From: Nitrospirota bacterium
GTDB lineage: Bacteria > Nitrospirota > UBA9217
DNA: 64,000 nucleotides
Direction: 5' to 3'
Assembly (NCBI GenBank): GCA_963845065.1
Contig: CAWJQQ010000009.1
Coordinates: 1,024,001-1,088,000, forward strand
Below are positions 9,331-19,141 of the stretch, one piece after another; the first letter of the stretch is position 1, and each line of letters begins with the position of its first letter. A program made the translations under genes and the position numbers. Under the pieces are notes generated by a model, which searched no databases, was not told the origin of the DNA, and was given only the letters and a program-made list of their open reading frames with translations.

Positions 9331-9968
9331 AGGTCAAGGTGGTCACGCGCATACTCGAAGCGAACGACCGTATCGCCGGGGAAAACCGGCAACGATTTGA
9401 CGATGCCGGCCTTTACGTCATCAACCTCATGGGCGCGCCGGGAGCAGGCAAAACGTCGCTCCTGGAGCGGACGATCAAGGCCCTCAAGCCGCACAGGAAG
9501 ATCGGCGTGATCGAAGGGGACATCGTGGGATCGGACGATGCAGAGAGGATCGGCGCCCTCGACGTCCCGGTGGTCCAGATCAATACCGGCGGCGCGTGCC
9601 ACCTGGACGCGAACATGATCAATGAAGTGCTGGACGAGATGCCGCTTACGGACCTCGACCTCCTGATCATCGAGAACGTGGGAAACCTCGTCTGCCCGGC
9701 CGAGTTCAAGGTCGGGGAAGACATGAAGATGATGGTCCTGTCCGTTGCCGAGGGGCACGACAAACCGCTCAAGTACCCGCTCATGTTCAGGGAATCCGGC
9801 GCCCTGGTCCTGAACAAGGTCGACCTCCTGCCGTACATGAACACGGACATCAACAAGATGCGGAACGATTCCCTGGCACTCAATCCGAACCTGAAGATCT
9901 TCGAAGTCTCCTGCGCTACCGGCGCCGGGATCGACCAGTGGGCTCAATGGCTGAACGGGCTCAAATAG
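9327..9968 (+). CDS. hypB: Hydrogenase nickel-incorporation GTPase HypB
   Basis: GAPGAGKTSLL, CHLDA, ENVGNLVCPA, NKVD. Confidence 0.95.
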   Translation: MKVKVVTRILEANDRIAGENRQRFDDAGLYVINLMGAPGAGKTSLLERTIKALKPHRKIGVIEGDIVGSDDAERIGALDVPVVQINTGGACHLDANMINEVLDEMPLTDLDLLIIENVGNLVCPAEFKVGEDMKMMVLSVAEGHDKPLKYPLMFRESGALVLNKVDLLPYMNTDINKMRNDSLALNPNLKIFEVSCATGAGIDQWAQWLNGLK

Positions 9969-10051
9969 TAGTCAAGGGCATTGTCCAGGGCGTCGGCTTT
10001 GGGCATGCCTGTTCAGTGAAAACTGAAAAAGAGCGGAGCATAATAATATGA
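9947..10051 (+). pseudogene. hypF: hypF deletion remnant (34 codons)
   Basis: MAERAQIVVKGIVQGVGF is the HypF acylphosphatase N-terminus. It is followed by only 16 more codons and a stop overlapping the hypD ATG. Confidence 0.8.
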
Positions 10052-11106
10052 AAGAAATGCTCGAAGAACTTCATAAACTTACCACAGGAATCAACAAGCC
10101 GATCAAACTCATGGAAGTCTGCGGCACCCATACCGTGGAAATATTCCGGCACGGTATCCGCGACATAATACCGGAGAGCATTACCCTCCTGAGCGGGCCG
10201 GGATGCCCAGTCTGCGTGACGTCCGTGCATGACGTGGACGCATCGATCTCCATTGCTAAAAACCCCGACGTTATCATGACCACGTTCGGAGACATGATGA
10301 GGGTACCCGGAGGGACGCAGTCGCTTCTGGAAGCGCGGTCCGAGGGGGCAGACGTACGGGTGCTTTATTCTCCCATTGACGCACTGACCCTTGCACAAAA
10401 AGAAAAAGGCAAGACCGTTGTCTTCTTCGCAACTGGGTTCGAGACTACATCACCCCTTATAGCCGGTACAATAGCACATGCCGAGCTGGCTGGGACTAAA
10501 AACTTCACTATTTATGCAGCACACAAGCTTGTACCTCCTGCCTTAAGAGCCCTGCTTGATTCACCTGACGTCCAAGTCGACGGTTTTATCCTGCCAGGTC
10601 ATGTCAGTACTATCATCGGTACTAAGCCTTACGAATTCATCGCATCGCAGTATAAAATACCGTCGGTAGTAACAGGATTTGAAGCCAAAGAGGTTATTGA
10701 AGGGATACTCATGATCGTGCGTCAAATCGCACAGAAGAGAGCTGCAGTCGAGATCCAATATACCAAGGCAGTCCGCGAAGAAGGTAACCCCCGGGCTGTC
10801 GCGCTACTTGACAAATATTTTGAGCCTGCAGACGCGTACTGGCGCGGGATCGGCGTCCTCCCCGGAAGCGGTCTCAAACTCAGAGACAAATACGCCGCAT
10901 TCGATGCGAATATCAAATTCCATCCGCCAGCGTCAAATGCAAAAGAACCTGAGCTCTGTTCCTGCGGAGATATCCTGCGCGGGGTAAAGATTCCGACAGA
11001 ATGTCCGCTTTTCGGAACAGCGTGCACGCCTGAAGCACCCGTCGGACCTTGCATGGTAAGTACCGAGGGAAGCTGCGCAGCGTATTTCAAGTATGGAAAA
11101 CACTGA
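10048..11106 (+). CDS. hypD: Hydrogenase maturation protein HypD
   Basis: CGTH, GPGCPVC, GFETT, PGHVS and C-terminal CPLFG...CTP...GPCMVS.EG.C. Confidence 0.96.
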   Translation: MKEMLEELHKLTTGINKPIKLMEVCGTHTVEIFRHGIRDIIPESITLLSGPGCPVCVTSVHDVDASISIAKNPDVIMTTFGDMMRVPGGTQSLLEARSEGADVRVLYSPIDALTLAQKEKGKTVVFFATGFETTSPLIAGTIAHAELAGTKNFTIYAAHKLVPPALRALLDSPDVQVDGFILPGHVSTIIGTKPYEFIASQYKIPSVVTGFEAKEVIEGILMIVRQIAQKRAAVEIQYTKAVREEGNPRAVALLDKYFEPADAYWRGIGVLPGSGLKLRDKYAAFDANIKFHPPASNAKEPELCSCGDILRGVKIPTECPLFGTACTPEAPVGPCMVSTEGSCAAYFKYGKH

Positions 11107-11275
11107 CGATATAGGTAAAAGAACTTAAGCGTCAAATTATTTTTAACAAGATAAAAGAGGTTACAGCAAAGGAGTCAAGTGCGCTGTCGAAAATCTTTCC
11201 TTAGGTTTATGCTATCCTTCGAGTACTTCTCACCTTGGCGGTATAAGGATATGGGTTCTGGATTAGGAGAAAGTT

Positions 11276-12271
11276 TTGGATAGAATACTACTCGGCCACG
11301 GCAGCGGTGGAAAACTGATGCACGATCTAATCTCACAGCACTTCGGACCCGCCTTTGGCATCGAGGGTGCGGGCGATTCTGCTGTTGTGAACGTCTCTTC
11401 CAGGCGGCTTGCATACACAACCGATTCCTACGTTGTCACGCCGCTCTTCTTCCCCGGCGGTAATATCGGAGAACTAGCGGTCAATGGCACGGTTAACGAC
11501 CTTGCCGTATCAGGCGCAGAGCCGCTGTACCTCACCGCCGGCTTCGTGATCGAAGAGGGTTTTCCCTTTTCCGATCTAAAAACAATTATAGCATCCATGT
11601 CACTTGCAGCAGAAAAAGCAGGCGTAAAGATCGTTGCTGGCGATACAAAGGTTGTGAACAAGGGCAAAGCCGACGGGATCTTCATTAACACTTCGGGCAT
11701 CGGCGTGCTGCCCGGAGAGCGCAAGATTTCGGCATCGCAGATCAAACGGGGCGACAAGGTTATAATCAGCGGTGAGATTGGCAGTCACGGCGTTGCAGTG
11801 ATGTCCGAACGAAACGGCCTCACCTTTGTCCCGCCGGTTATCAGCGATACCCGCGCGCTCAATAGCCTTGTCAAGAATATGTATGCCGTATCTGACGATA
11901 TCCATTTCATGCGCGATCCAACTCGGGGTGGTCTTGCCACGACCCTCAAGGAAACGGCACTGGAATCCCGGCTATGCGTCAGAATCAGGGAGCAAGCGTT
12001 ACCCGTAGCGCAGGGAGTAAAAGGCGCTTGCAGCCTGCTCGGGCTCGACCCGCTTTTTGTGGCGAACGAGGGGATATTGATAGCCATCGTCAATCCTACA
12101 GATGTAGATTCAATTGTAACAGCAATGCGAAAACACAAAGACGGGAAAAACGCTGTGATCATCGGTGAGATTGTTGATAATCCTTCCGGGGGAGTGCTGC
12201 TCGAAACTGCTATCGGCGGTACGCGAATCATCGATATGCTTCAGGGTGAGCAGCTGCCGAGAATCTGCTAA
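11276..12271 (+). CDS. hypE: Carbamoyl dehydratase HypE
   Basis: HGSGG, DSYVV, GTVNDLA, GDTKVV, DPTRGG, C-terminal PRIC; TTG start with AGGAGA SD. Confidence 0.96.
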   Translation: MDRILLGHGSGGKLMHDLISQHFGPAFGIEGAGDSAVVNVSSRRLAYTTDSYVVTPLFFPGGNIGELAVNGTVNDLAVSGAEPLYLTAGFVIEEGFPFSDLKTIIASMSLAAEKAGVKIVAGDTKVVNKGKADGIFINTSGIGVLPGERKISASQIKRGDKVIISGEIGSHGVAVMSERNGLTFVPPVISDTRALNSLVKNMYAVSDDIHFMRDPTRGGLATTLKETALESRLCVRIREQALPVAQGVKGACSLLGLDPLFVANEGILIAIVNPTDVDSIVTAMRKHKDGKNAVIIGEIVDNPSGGVLLETAIGGTRIIDMLQGEQLPRIC

Positions 12272-12406
12272 CGGGCTGCCGAAACATTCCATTGCCTTCC
12301 TCGCACTATTCCTAATTTCTCCCGCGATTTGCGCAAATGAATACCTCAAAAAAAATAATTAAGATGACGGACATACTTTCATTGTTGTAAAATATCTTTG
12401 CAGTCA

Positions 12407-12435
12407 TTGACTTCGCTGATTACCGTGATTATACT
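12407..12435 (+). promoter_or_regulatory. sigma70-type promoter of the 2-oxoacid dehydrogenase operon
   Basis: TTGACT-N17-TATACT. Confidence 0.55.
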
Positions 12436-12627
12436 TTAGACATGGCCTGAGAGTAAGATAGCCGATATTGTTCTCCTTGAGCGTTCGCTGTAAAATATTT
12501 TATTATTAGAAAAACCAGGTAATTAAACTACGAGCTTCCGTCCACTACATCGTATTCATTTGAAGGTTGCCTGTTCATGTTGGTAAAACGTTGCATGGAA
12601 CTCAGTAGTTAAAGGGAGGGACAATCA

Positions 12628-13683
12628 TTGCCGGAACAAATTATAGAATCATATCAGGTGAAGCGTCTCGATATTCTTGATGAAAAGGGAAATTCGGATG
12701 ACGCGCTCGCACCTTCCCTGACCGATAGCGAACTAATGAAAATGTACGACTTTACCATCCTTGCAAGGACTTTCGACCAGCGGGCTATCAGCCTGCAGCG
12801 TGAGGGAAGGCTTGGCACATACCCTTCCATCGTCGGACAGGAGGCTTCACAGATCGGAAGCGCACTTGCAGCCGAGAAGTCGGATTGGCTGTTTCCCACG
12901 TTCAGGGAAAGTGGCGTTTACATCGCCAGGGGTTTACCTATGGACATGATTTTTCAGTACTGGTCTGGTGACGAACGTGGCATGAGGATTCCCGATACAA
13001 TGAACGTTTTTCCACTTGCCATTCCCGTTGGGACTCAGATTGCACATGCCGTCGGCGCTGCAATGGCAATCAAGTACCGCAAAGACCCGGCCGCGGTATT
13101 AGTGTATTTCGGAGATGGTGGAAGCTCGAGGGGTGACTTCCATGAAGGACTGAACATGGCTGGCGTTTTTCAGCTTCCGATCCTGTTCCTCTGTCAGAAC
13201 AATCAATGGGCTATATCGGTCCCGCGCGAGCACCAAACCGCGTCAAAGACGATTGCACAAAAGGCGATTTCCTACGGCTTTGAAGGCCTCCAGGTGGATG
13301 GAAACGACATATTTGCCGTGTTCAAGGCGACAAAGGACGCACTCGCGAAGGCAAAAAAGGGAGGCGGCCCGACCTTGATCGAATGCTTCACATACCGGAT
13401 GGCAGACCACACGACGTCAGATGATGCTTCGCGTTACCGGCAAAAGGATGAAATCGAGATGTGGAAGGCGCGGGACCCTATACTGCGGCTGAGGTTGTAC
13501 TTAGAGAAAAAAGGCCTTTTAAATGAAGCATATCAAAAAGAAATTGAAGCACGTTCAAAGGCCACAGTTGACGAGGCTCAAAAGAAGGCCGAAACAGCAC
13601 AGCCGCCCGACCCCAGGGACATGTTCACCTACTCCTCAGCGAGCCTCTCACAGAGGCAGACGAGACAACTAAAGGACTTCTGA
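12628..13683 (+). CDS. pdhA: Pyruvate/branched-chain 2-oxoacid dehydrogenase E1 alpha
   Basis: TPP motif GDG...NN, GQEA, HTTSDD; TTG start after GGGAGG. Substrate not determinable from sequence. Confidence 0.88.
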   Translation: MPEQIIESYQVKRLDILDEKGNSDDALAPSLTDSELMKMYDFTILARTFDQRAISLQREGRLGTYPSIVGQEASQIGSALAAEKSDWLFPTFRESGVYIARGLPMDMIFQYWSGDERGMRIPDTMNVFPLAIPVGTQIAHAVGAAMAIKYRKDPAAVLVYFGDGGSSRGDFHEGLNMAGVFQLPILFLCQNNQWAISVPREHQTASKTIAQKAISYGFEGLQVDGNDIFAVFKATKDALAKAKKGGGPTLIECFTYRMADHTTSDDASRYRQKDEIEMWKARDPILRLRLYLEKKGLLNEAYQKEIEARSKATVDEAQKKAETAQPPDPRDMFTYSSASLSQRQTRQLKDF

Positions 13684-13684
13684 T

Positions 13685-14647
13685 ATGGCGACGATGAATA
13701 TGGTTCAGGCTTTGAACCTGGCTTTGCGGGAAGAAATGGAACTGGACAAGGATGTGGTAGTCCTGGGCGAAGACGTGGGAAGGGACGGAGGCGTGTTCCG
13801 GGTGACCGATGGGTTGTTCAGCCGTTTCGGTGCAGAGCGCGTCGTGGATACTCCACTCGCCGAGACCGGGATCATAGGTGCAGCAATTGGCATGGCTATA
13901 TACGGGCTCAAGCCAGTCGTCGAGATACAGTTCATGGGGTTCATCTATTCAGCAATCGATCAGATTTTCTCGCACGCTGCGCGCATCCGGGCACGGTCGC
14001 GAGGTCGGTTCACTGCTTCCCTCGTCATCCGCACTCCCTATGGCGGAGGCGTCAAGGCCCTCGAACATCATTCCGAAAGCACTGAGGCACTCTTCTGCCA
14101 GATGCCGGGTGTGAAAGTCGTGGTACCTTCGTCGCCTCGTCTCGCGAAGGGGTTGCTTCATTCCGCGATCAGGGATCCGGACCCAGTTATCTTTCTCGAA
14201 CCTACACGGCTTTACCGGATGATCAAGGAGGACGTGCCCGAGATCGACTACACAGTGCCGCTCGGAAAGGCGCGTGTTGTCCGAGAAGGGAAGGACGTCA
14301 CGGTGCTCGCCTGGGGAAGCATGCTCCAACGAGCCATGCAGTCAGTGGAGGGAATCAATGCCGAGGTGATTGATCTCATGACCCTTTCCCCCTTTGACGA
14401 GGAGACCGTGCTTCAGTCGGTAAAGAAAACGGGACGGGTTGTGATCGTTCACGAAGCGCCATCGAACTGCGGTTTGGGAGCGGAGCTTTCGGCAACGATT
14501 GCTGAGCTTGCCATGCTCCATCTCAAAGCGCCTATCCTCCGGGTAACGTCGTATGATGTCGTCCTGCCGTTGCCCAAGCTCGAGGACTATTATCTGCCGA
14601 GTGTGACAAGGATTCGAAAGGCCATCGAGTCGACATTGCAGTATTGA
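13685..14647 (+). CDS. pdhB: 2-oxoacid dehydrogenase E1 beta
   Basis: GEDVG..GGVFRVT, DTPLAE, EIQF, HHSES. Confidence 0.9.
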   Translation: MATMNMVQALNLALREEMELDKDVVVLGEDVGRDGGVFRVTDGLFSRFGAERVVDTPLAETGIIGAAIGMAIYGLKPVVEIQFMGFIYSAIDQIFSHAARIRARSRGRFTASLVIRTPYGGGVKALEHHSESTEALFCQMPGVKVVVPSSPRLAKGLLHSAIRDPDPVIFLEPTRLYRMIKEDVPEIDYTVPLGKARVVREGKDVTVLAWGSMLQRAMQSVEGINAEVIDLMTLSPFDEETVLQSVKKTGRVVIVHEAPSNCGLGAELSATIAELAMLHLKAPILRVTSYDVVLPLPKLEDYYLPSVTRIRKAIESTLQY

Positions 14648-14829
14648 CGTCCTCCCACTGCTATAGCATGTCGGGCTTCTCGCGTGGGGCTCTTAAACCT
14701 GATTAGAGTCATTAACCAAATGCTTGATTCACTATCGCAAAGTTAGAAAAGTGTTGTTTTTTACATTGTACGGCGAAGCAAACTATAGTTTTAAATGCTT
14801 CTTATCAATCAAGACAGAGGACCTTAACC

Positions 14830-16092
14830 ATGGCATTCAACTTTGTTCTGCCCGATTTGGGAGAAGGTATTGCAGAAGGTGAAATCAGAAAATGGCTTGT
14901 CAAGGAAGGTTCGACTATCGAAGAGCACCAGGCAGTCCTTGAGATCGAGACGGACAAGGCCGTCGTGGAGGTACCGTCACCCAAAGGGGGGACGGTCCTT
15001 CAGATCACCAAGGCAGAAGGCGACACAGTAAAAGTGGGTGAAGTACTAATAGTCATCGGAGAAACTGGCGAGAAAATTGGGGAACAGCCTGCAAAAGAGC
15101 GGCATAAGGACGAGGAGCGGCCGAAATCCGTGTCCGTGGTTGGCGAACTACCCGAAGCAGAGGACGAAGTGAAGCCTGCGGCAGCGTGGCCGAAATTGGC
15201 TTCAGTTGAAGGTCAACTTTCGGGCCAGGAGGAAACCGATGTCCTCGCCGTGCCCGCTGTCAGGGCGTTTGCAAAAAAGCAGGGTGTCGCTCTCGACAAG
15301 ATTAAAGGTACGGGACCGGGAGGAAGCATTTCGCAAGAGGACGTTCTTAAGGCAACGAAGCTTCCCTTGAAGGCAGAAGACCGATATGGACCATTCGAAA
15401 GAGTGGCGATCAAGGGATTGAGAAAGACGATAGCGAAAAATCTTGTCCTAGCTCAGAAGACAACGGCGTTCGTAACGGAAACAGACGAGGCGGACATAAC
15501 CGACCTCTGGGATCTACGAGTGCGTGAAAAGAAGGCGCTTGAAGACAAAGGAGTGCACCTGACCTTTGTCCCTTTTTTCATGAAGGCCATTCAACATACG
15601 CTTATGGAGTTCCGCACGTTCAACGCCTCTGTTGATGAGGAACGCGAGGAGATCTTACTCAAAAATTACTTCAATATAGGAGTTGCCGTGGATACAGCAG
15701 ATGGACTCATTGTAACTGTGGTGAAAAACGTCGAGAAGAAGACTATCCGCGAGCTTGCAACGGAGCTCCAGATTTTGAGCAAACAAGCCCGGGAGCGGAC
15801 GATCAAGCTTGAGGACCTTCGTGGCAGCACTTTTACGGTAACCAATTACGGTACGTACGGATCAACCTTTGCAACGCCGATTATCAACTATCCCGATGTA
15901 GCGATCCTAGGGACTGGGAAAATCACCGACAAACCCTGGGTCAAGGGAGGCCAGATCAAAGTTCGCAAAATTCTTCCTCTATCGCTCACATTCGACCATA
16001 GGGTGAACGATGGCGCAAGTGCGGCAAAATTTCTGACAAGACTCCTCAACTATCTCGAAGACCCGGCATCTATTTTTATCGAGAGTGCCTAG
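14830..16092 (+). CDS. pdhC: Dihydrolipoamide acyltransferase E2
   Basis: Single lipoyl domain (ETDKA), E3-binding domain (GTGPGGSI), catalytic DHRVNDG. Confidence 0.9.
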   Translation: MAFNFVLPDLGEGIAEGEIRKWLVKEGSTIEEHQAVLEIETDKAVVEVPSPKGGTVLQITKAEGDTVKVGEVLIVIGETGEKIGEQPAKERHKDEERPKSVSVVGELPEAEDEVKPAAAWPKLASVEGQLSGQEETDVLAVPAVRAFAKKQGVALDKIKGTGPGGSISQEDVLKATKLPLKAEDRYGPFERVAIKGLRKTIAKNLVLAQKTTAFVTETDEADITDLWDLRVREKKALEDKGVHLTFVPFFMKAIQHTLMEFRTFNASVDEEREEILLKNYFNIGVAVDTADGLIVTVVKNVEKKTIRELATELQILSKQARERTIKLEDLRGSTFTVTNYGTYGSTFATPIINYPDVAILGTGKITDKPWVKGGQIKVRKILPLSLTFDHRVNDGASAAKFLTRLLNYLEDPASIFIESA

Positions 16093-16265
16093 CCTTCTCC
16101 ACAAAATTATCGCCAATGATGAAGTTGCATATTCCGTTCTAAGCAATCGCACATCTCAAGGAAGCCACTTTATTTTGTTCTCCTTGAATCCTGAAACTTC
16201 GCGAAATGCTAACATGATTCTGTTTTTAATTTCAAACGACATTAAATTTCTTTTGTGTCTGACAG

Positions 16266-17723
16266 CTAGAGATTCGGCGCCGGTGGATAGATATACCCTG
16301 TGCCGTAAACAATATGGTATGTGCGTATTACAAAATTATCCCTTTTGACCGAGAAAGAATCCATACCTCCTACAGCCTTGAAATATTTCGAGTAGGGAAG
16401 AACACTGTGCCCTTCCAGGAAAACAGCAACGCCTTTTTTATCTTTTAACTCTTCCGGAAACGCCCATAGATTGAACTGGTTTGCCTTCGTATTATTATAA
16501 TCGACATAGGCGAAAATTCTTTCCTTTGTATAATAACTGATCTCTGCGCCTACTTGGTGCGATTCCGCTATGGTAAATTTTACAGACGGGTCTTTTGCCA
16601 GATGCTCTCCGAGTTCCCTCCATCCATAGAACCACTGGGTGGCATCTGCTTCTGCCGCACTCTTCGATATTTTTTCAAGTGGTAGGATGTTGAACCTGGC
16701 ATGCAGCATGGCAGTAAGACAGAGAATAAAGCTGAACAGAACGGCGCCAACCCAGAGACGCTTTTTGAATTTTGCTCCATTGAAGAGATAATGGCTGACA
16801 AGTATGCTGAACGTGAAATAGGCACACATCGGCCAGTTGGCCTGAGCGACGTTTTTTAGAGAAGAATAAGCAAAAAAGAGAATTATTGAAAACGAGGTGA
16901 GACTGAGAAACAGTTTCTCCTTGTTTTTTTGGAATAGATATAGGGTTGAAGCGTACGCTCCGAGGAGCCAAATAAACGGGCTTGCTACAAGCATTTGCCC
17001 ACCCATGTAGGTAAATACATTGCCGAACGAATAATTCGCCCCGCCAAGGCCATGCCCCAGTTGATAAGCAAATGATATCCATTGATGCTTGCTGTTCCAA
17101 TAAAGGACTGGAAGGAAGAAGGCGCATCCCAATACGAAAGCCGCGTAGGGGTGTATTGTTTTAAACCACCTCCGCTCATCGGTAACGAGCATAAAGAGGA
17201 ACAGACAGGGGGCTAGGAGAACACCGGTATATTTTGATAAGAGCGACAGGCCGAATGCGATACCCATGAAATACCAATACCGTACTTTCCCGGTGGCCAC
17301 TACTTGCCAGTAATAAAATATTGTAAGACCCCAAAAGAGAAGTGCAGGAACATCAGGGGTAATCAATAAAGTACCTGCGAGGGTAATCGGCAATACGTTC
17401 AACGTAATAACGCTTGCTGAGGCGATTTTACTGTCGTGAAACAGTTGCATGGTGAGGACCCATGCCATAACGCTAGTGGCGAGAGTCGCCAGGATCCCAG
17501 TAAATCGTACCCACAATTCCTGCTGCGAAAAAAGCGTCGTGAGCCTTATTGCATAGGCGATAAGAGGCGCGTGATCGAAATATCCAAAATCAAGATGCCG
17601 CGACCACGTCCAGTAGTACGCTTCATCGGGATGAAGCTGCAACGTTGCCGACAGGTATATTTTCCACAGGATCAGGAGACCCACGAAAATGATCGTATTC
17701 CGTTTCGTTAAAGCAGTTTCCAT
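16266..17723 (-). CDS. GT39/ArnT-like polytopic membrane glycosyltransferase
   Basis: PDEAYYW, GYFDHAP, TPD, LSKYT motifs; many TM helices. Confidence 0.88.
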   Translation of the reverse strand: METALTKRNTIIFVGLLILWKIYLSATLQLHPDEAYYWTWSRHLDFGYFDHAPLIAYAIRLTTLFSQQELWVRFTGILATLATSVMAWVLTMQLFHDSKIASASVITLNVLPITLAGTLLITPDVPALLFWGLTIFYYWQVVATGKVRYWYFMGIAFGLSLLSKYTGVLLAPCLFLFMLVTDERRWFKTIHPYAAFVLGCAFFLPVLYWNSKHQWISFAYQLGHGLGGANYSFGNVFTYMGGQMLVASPFIWLLGAYASTLYLFQKNKEKLFLSLTSFSIILFFAYSSLKNVAQANWPMCAYFTFSILVSHYLFNGAKFKKRLWVGAVLFSFILCLTAMLHARFNILPLEKISKSAAEADATQWFYGWRELGEHLAKDPSVKFTIAESHQVGAEISYYTKERIFAYVDYNNTKANQFNLWAFPEELKDKKGVAVFLEGHSVLPYSKYFKAVGGMDSFSVKRDNFVIRTYHIVYGTGYIYPPAPNL

Positions 17724-18011
17724 TAAGCCCTCGCAGATAAGAGATATCCAATTCTTCGGATCGAATTCCTGTAAAGCCTATTGCCGCCCCAGGAACGAGC
17801 CAACAGTTTACCGTACAAATATTTTTCTGTCAATTGTTAAGCTTGTTTAGGCTAGAAATCTGTCGCCGAGTGAGGTCCACCCTATGATTTTACAACATCA
17901 AGTCGGCAAACGAGGAGATCTCGTGATTGGCCCTAACGTGCGAATTCTTCGCATGATGACGCGAAAAAATTGTATATTGACCATTCATCGGTAAACCGGT
18001 AAGATTGCCTT

Positions 18012-18455
18012 ATGAAGAACGTGATGCTGTTTATGGCTCTGGCACTGGCGCTGTTCTGCGTCGACGTTCGCCGTGCTAAGGCATTTGGTCAGCAAGACAT
18101 AGAGACGGATTGCATGATGAATACCGGTCCCTGCATCAAGACGGTGGATGATCTCTCCGTGGCTGTCGATATCACCCCCAAGCCACTTAAGGCCATGCGC
18201 AGTTTGCTCTTTAGAACAACCATCTCGAATAAAGGTAGGCCTGTTACGGATGCTTCTGTCTTAATCAATCTTTCGATGCCCGGTATGTTCATGGGACAAA
18301 ATATTATAAGGTTAACCCATCTTAATGAAGGAATTTACGAAGGCAACGGTGTCATCATTCGCTGCCCTAGTGGAAAGAAGATCTGGAAAGCCTCGGTTGC
18401 CATCGATCGTGCCGGCAGAAAATCGGTTGTGAACTATATTTTCGAGGTTCCATAG
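18012..18455 (+). CDS. Exported FixH/YtkA-like protein
   Basis: Signal peptide; MPGMFMG and GIYEG (YtkA-like); Cys pair; lies upstream of cbb3 assembly genes. Confidence 0.6.
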   Translation: MKNVMLFMALALALFCVDVRRAKAFGQQDIETDCMMNTGPCIKTVDDLSVAVDITPKPLKAMRSLLFRTTISNKGRPVTDASVLINLSMPGMFMGQNIIRLTHLNEGIYEGNGVIIRCPSGKKIWKASVAIDRAGRKSVVNYIFEVP

Positions 18456-18457
18456 CG

Positions 18458-19141
18458 ATGAACGCTGGCTATCTTCTTGCTTTAGCCACCGGGTTTTTAG
18501 GCGGGTTCGGCCATTGTATAGGCATGTGCGGACCCCTTGTTGCATCCTCCTCGCTGCAATCCACCTCCGTTGGAGGCTTTCATAACTTTCGTATACGTTT
18601 CATAAACCAGGCACTCTACAATATAGGACGCCTGACGACCTACGGGATTGTGGGCGCAATCATGGGGTTCTCCGCTTCCTTTGTCAATGTCGCGAGCAAA
18701 ATGGTGGGAATCCAGAACGGGGTAATGTTAGGAGCCGGCATTGTCATGGTCATCATGGGACTTGGCATCATGGGAGTTGTTAGGGGAACAGGTTGGCTCG
18801 AACGTCACAACTCGCTGGTAGTGATCATGGCAAAAAAAATGTTCAGTCTCTCTTCCCGTTGGAGATATTATCCCCTCGGTCTTGTCCTGGGACTTATGCC
18901 CTGCGGTCTCTCCTACACAGCCTTCATCGCCGCGGCCGGAACTGGTTCTCCGGTGGGGGGCATGCTAACCATGTTATTTTTTGGCACAGGCACGGTTCCT
19001 GCCCTGGCGCTGTTCAGCATAACAGTGGCATATTTCGGGTCCCGCATGAGGGTCTGGATGCAGAAGTCAGGCGGAGTTGCGATAACGGTCATGGGGTTTT
19101 ATTATATCTTGAAGGGAATACGGTTGTATGGTGAAATGTGA
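18458..19141 (+). CDS. DsbD_2/TauE-like membrane protein typical of cbb3-oxidase assembly clusters
   Basis: GHCIGMCGP and MPCGL motifs; YNIGR; ~6 TM helices. Confidence 0.85.
   Translation: MNAGYLLALATGFLGGFGHCIGMCGPLVASSSLQSTSVGGFHNFRIRFINQALYNIGRLTTYGIVGAIMGFSASFVNVASKMVGIQNGVMLGAGIVMVIMGLGIMGVVRGTGWLERHNSLVVIMAKKMFSLSSRWRYYPLGLVLGLMPCGLSYTAFIAAAGTGSPVGGMLTMLFFGTGTVPALALFSITVAYFGSRMRVWMQKSGGVAITVMGFYYILKGIRLYGEM

Noticed and set aside
17724..17805. Possible PAP2-phosphatase 3' remnant upstream of the GT39 gene
   Set aside because: Only a short frameshifted GSFLG/AAIGF resemblance; too weak to call.
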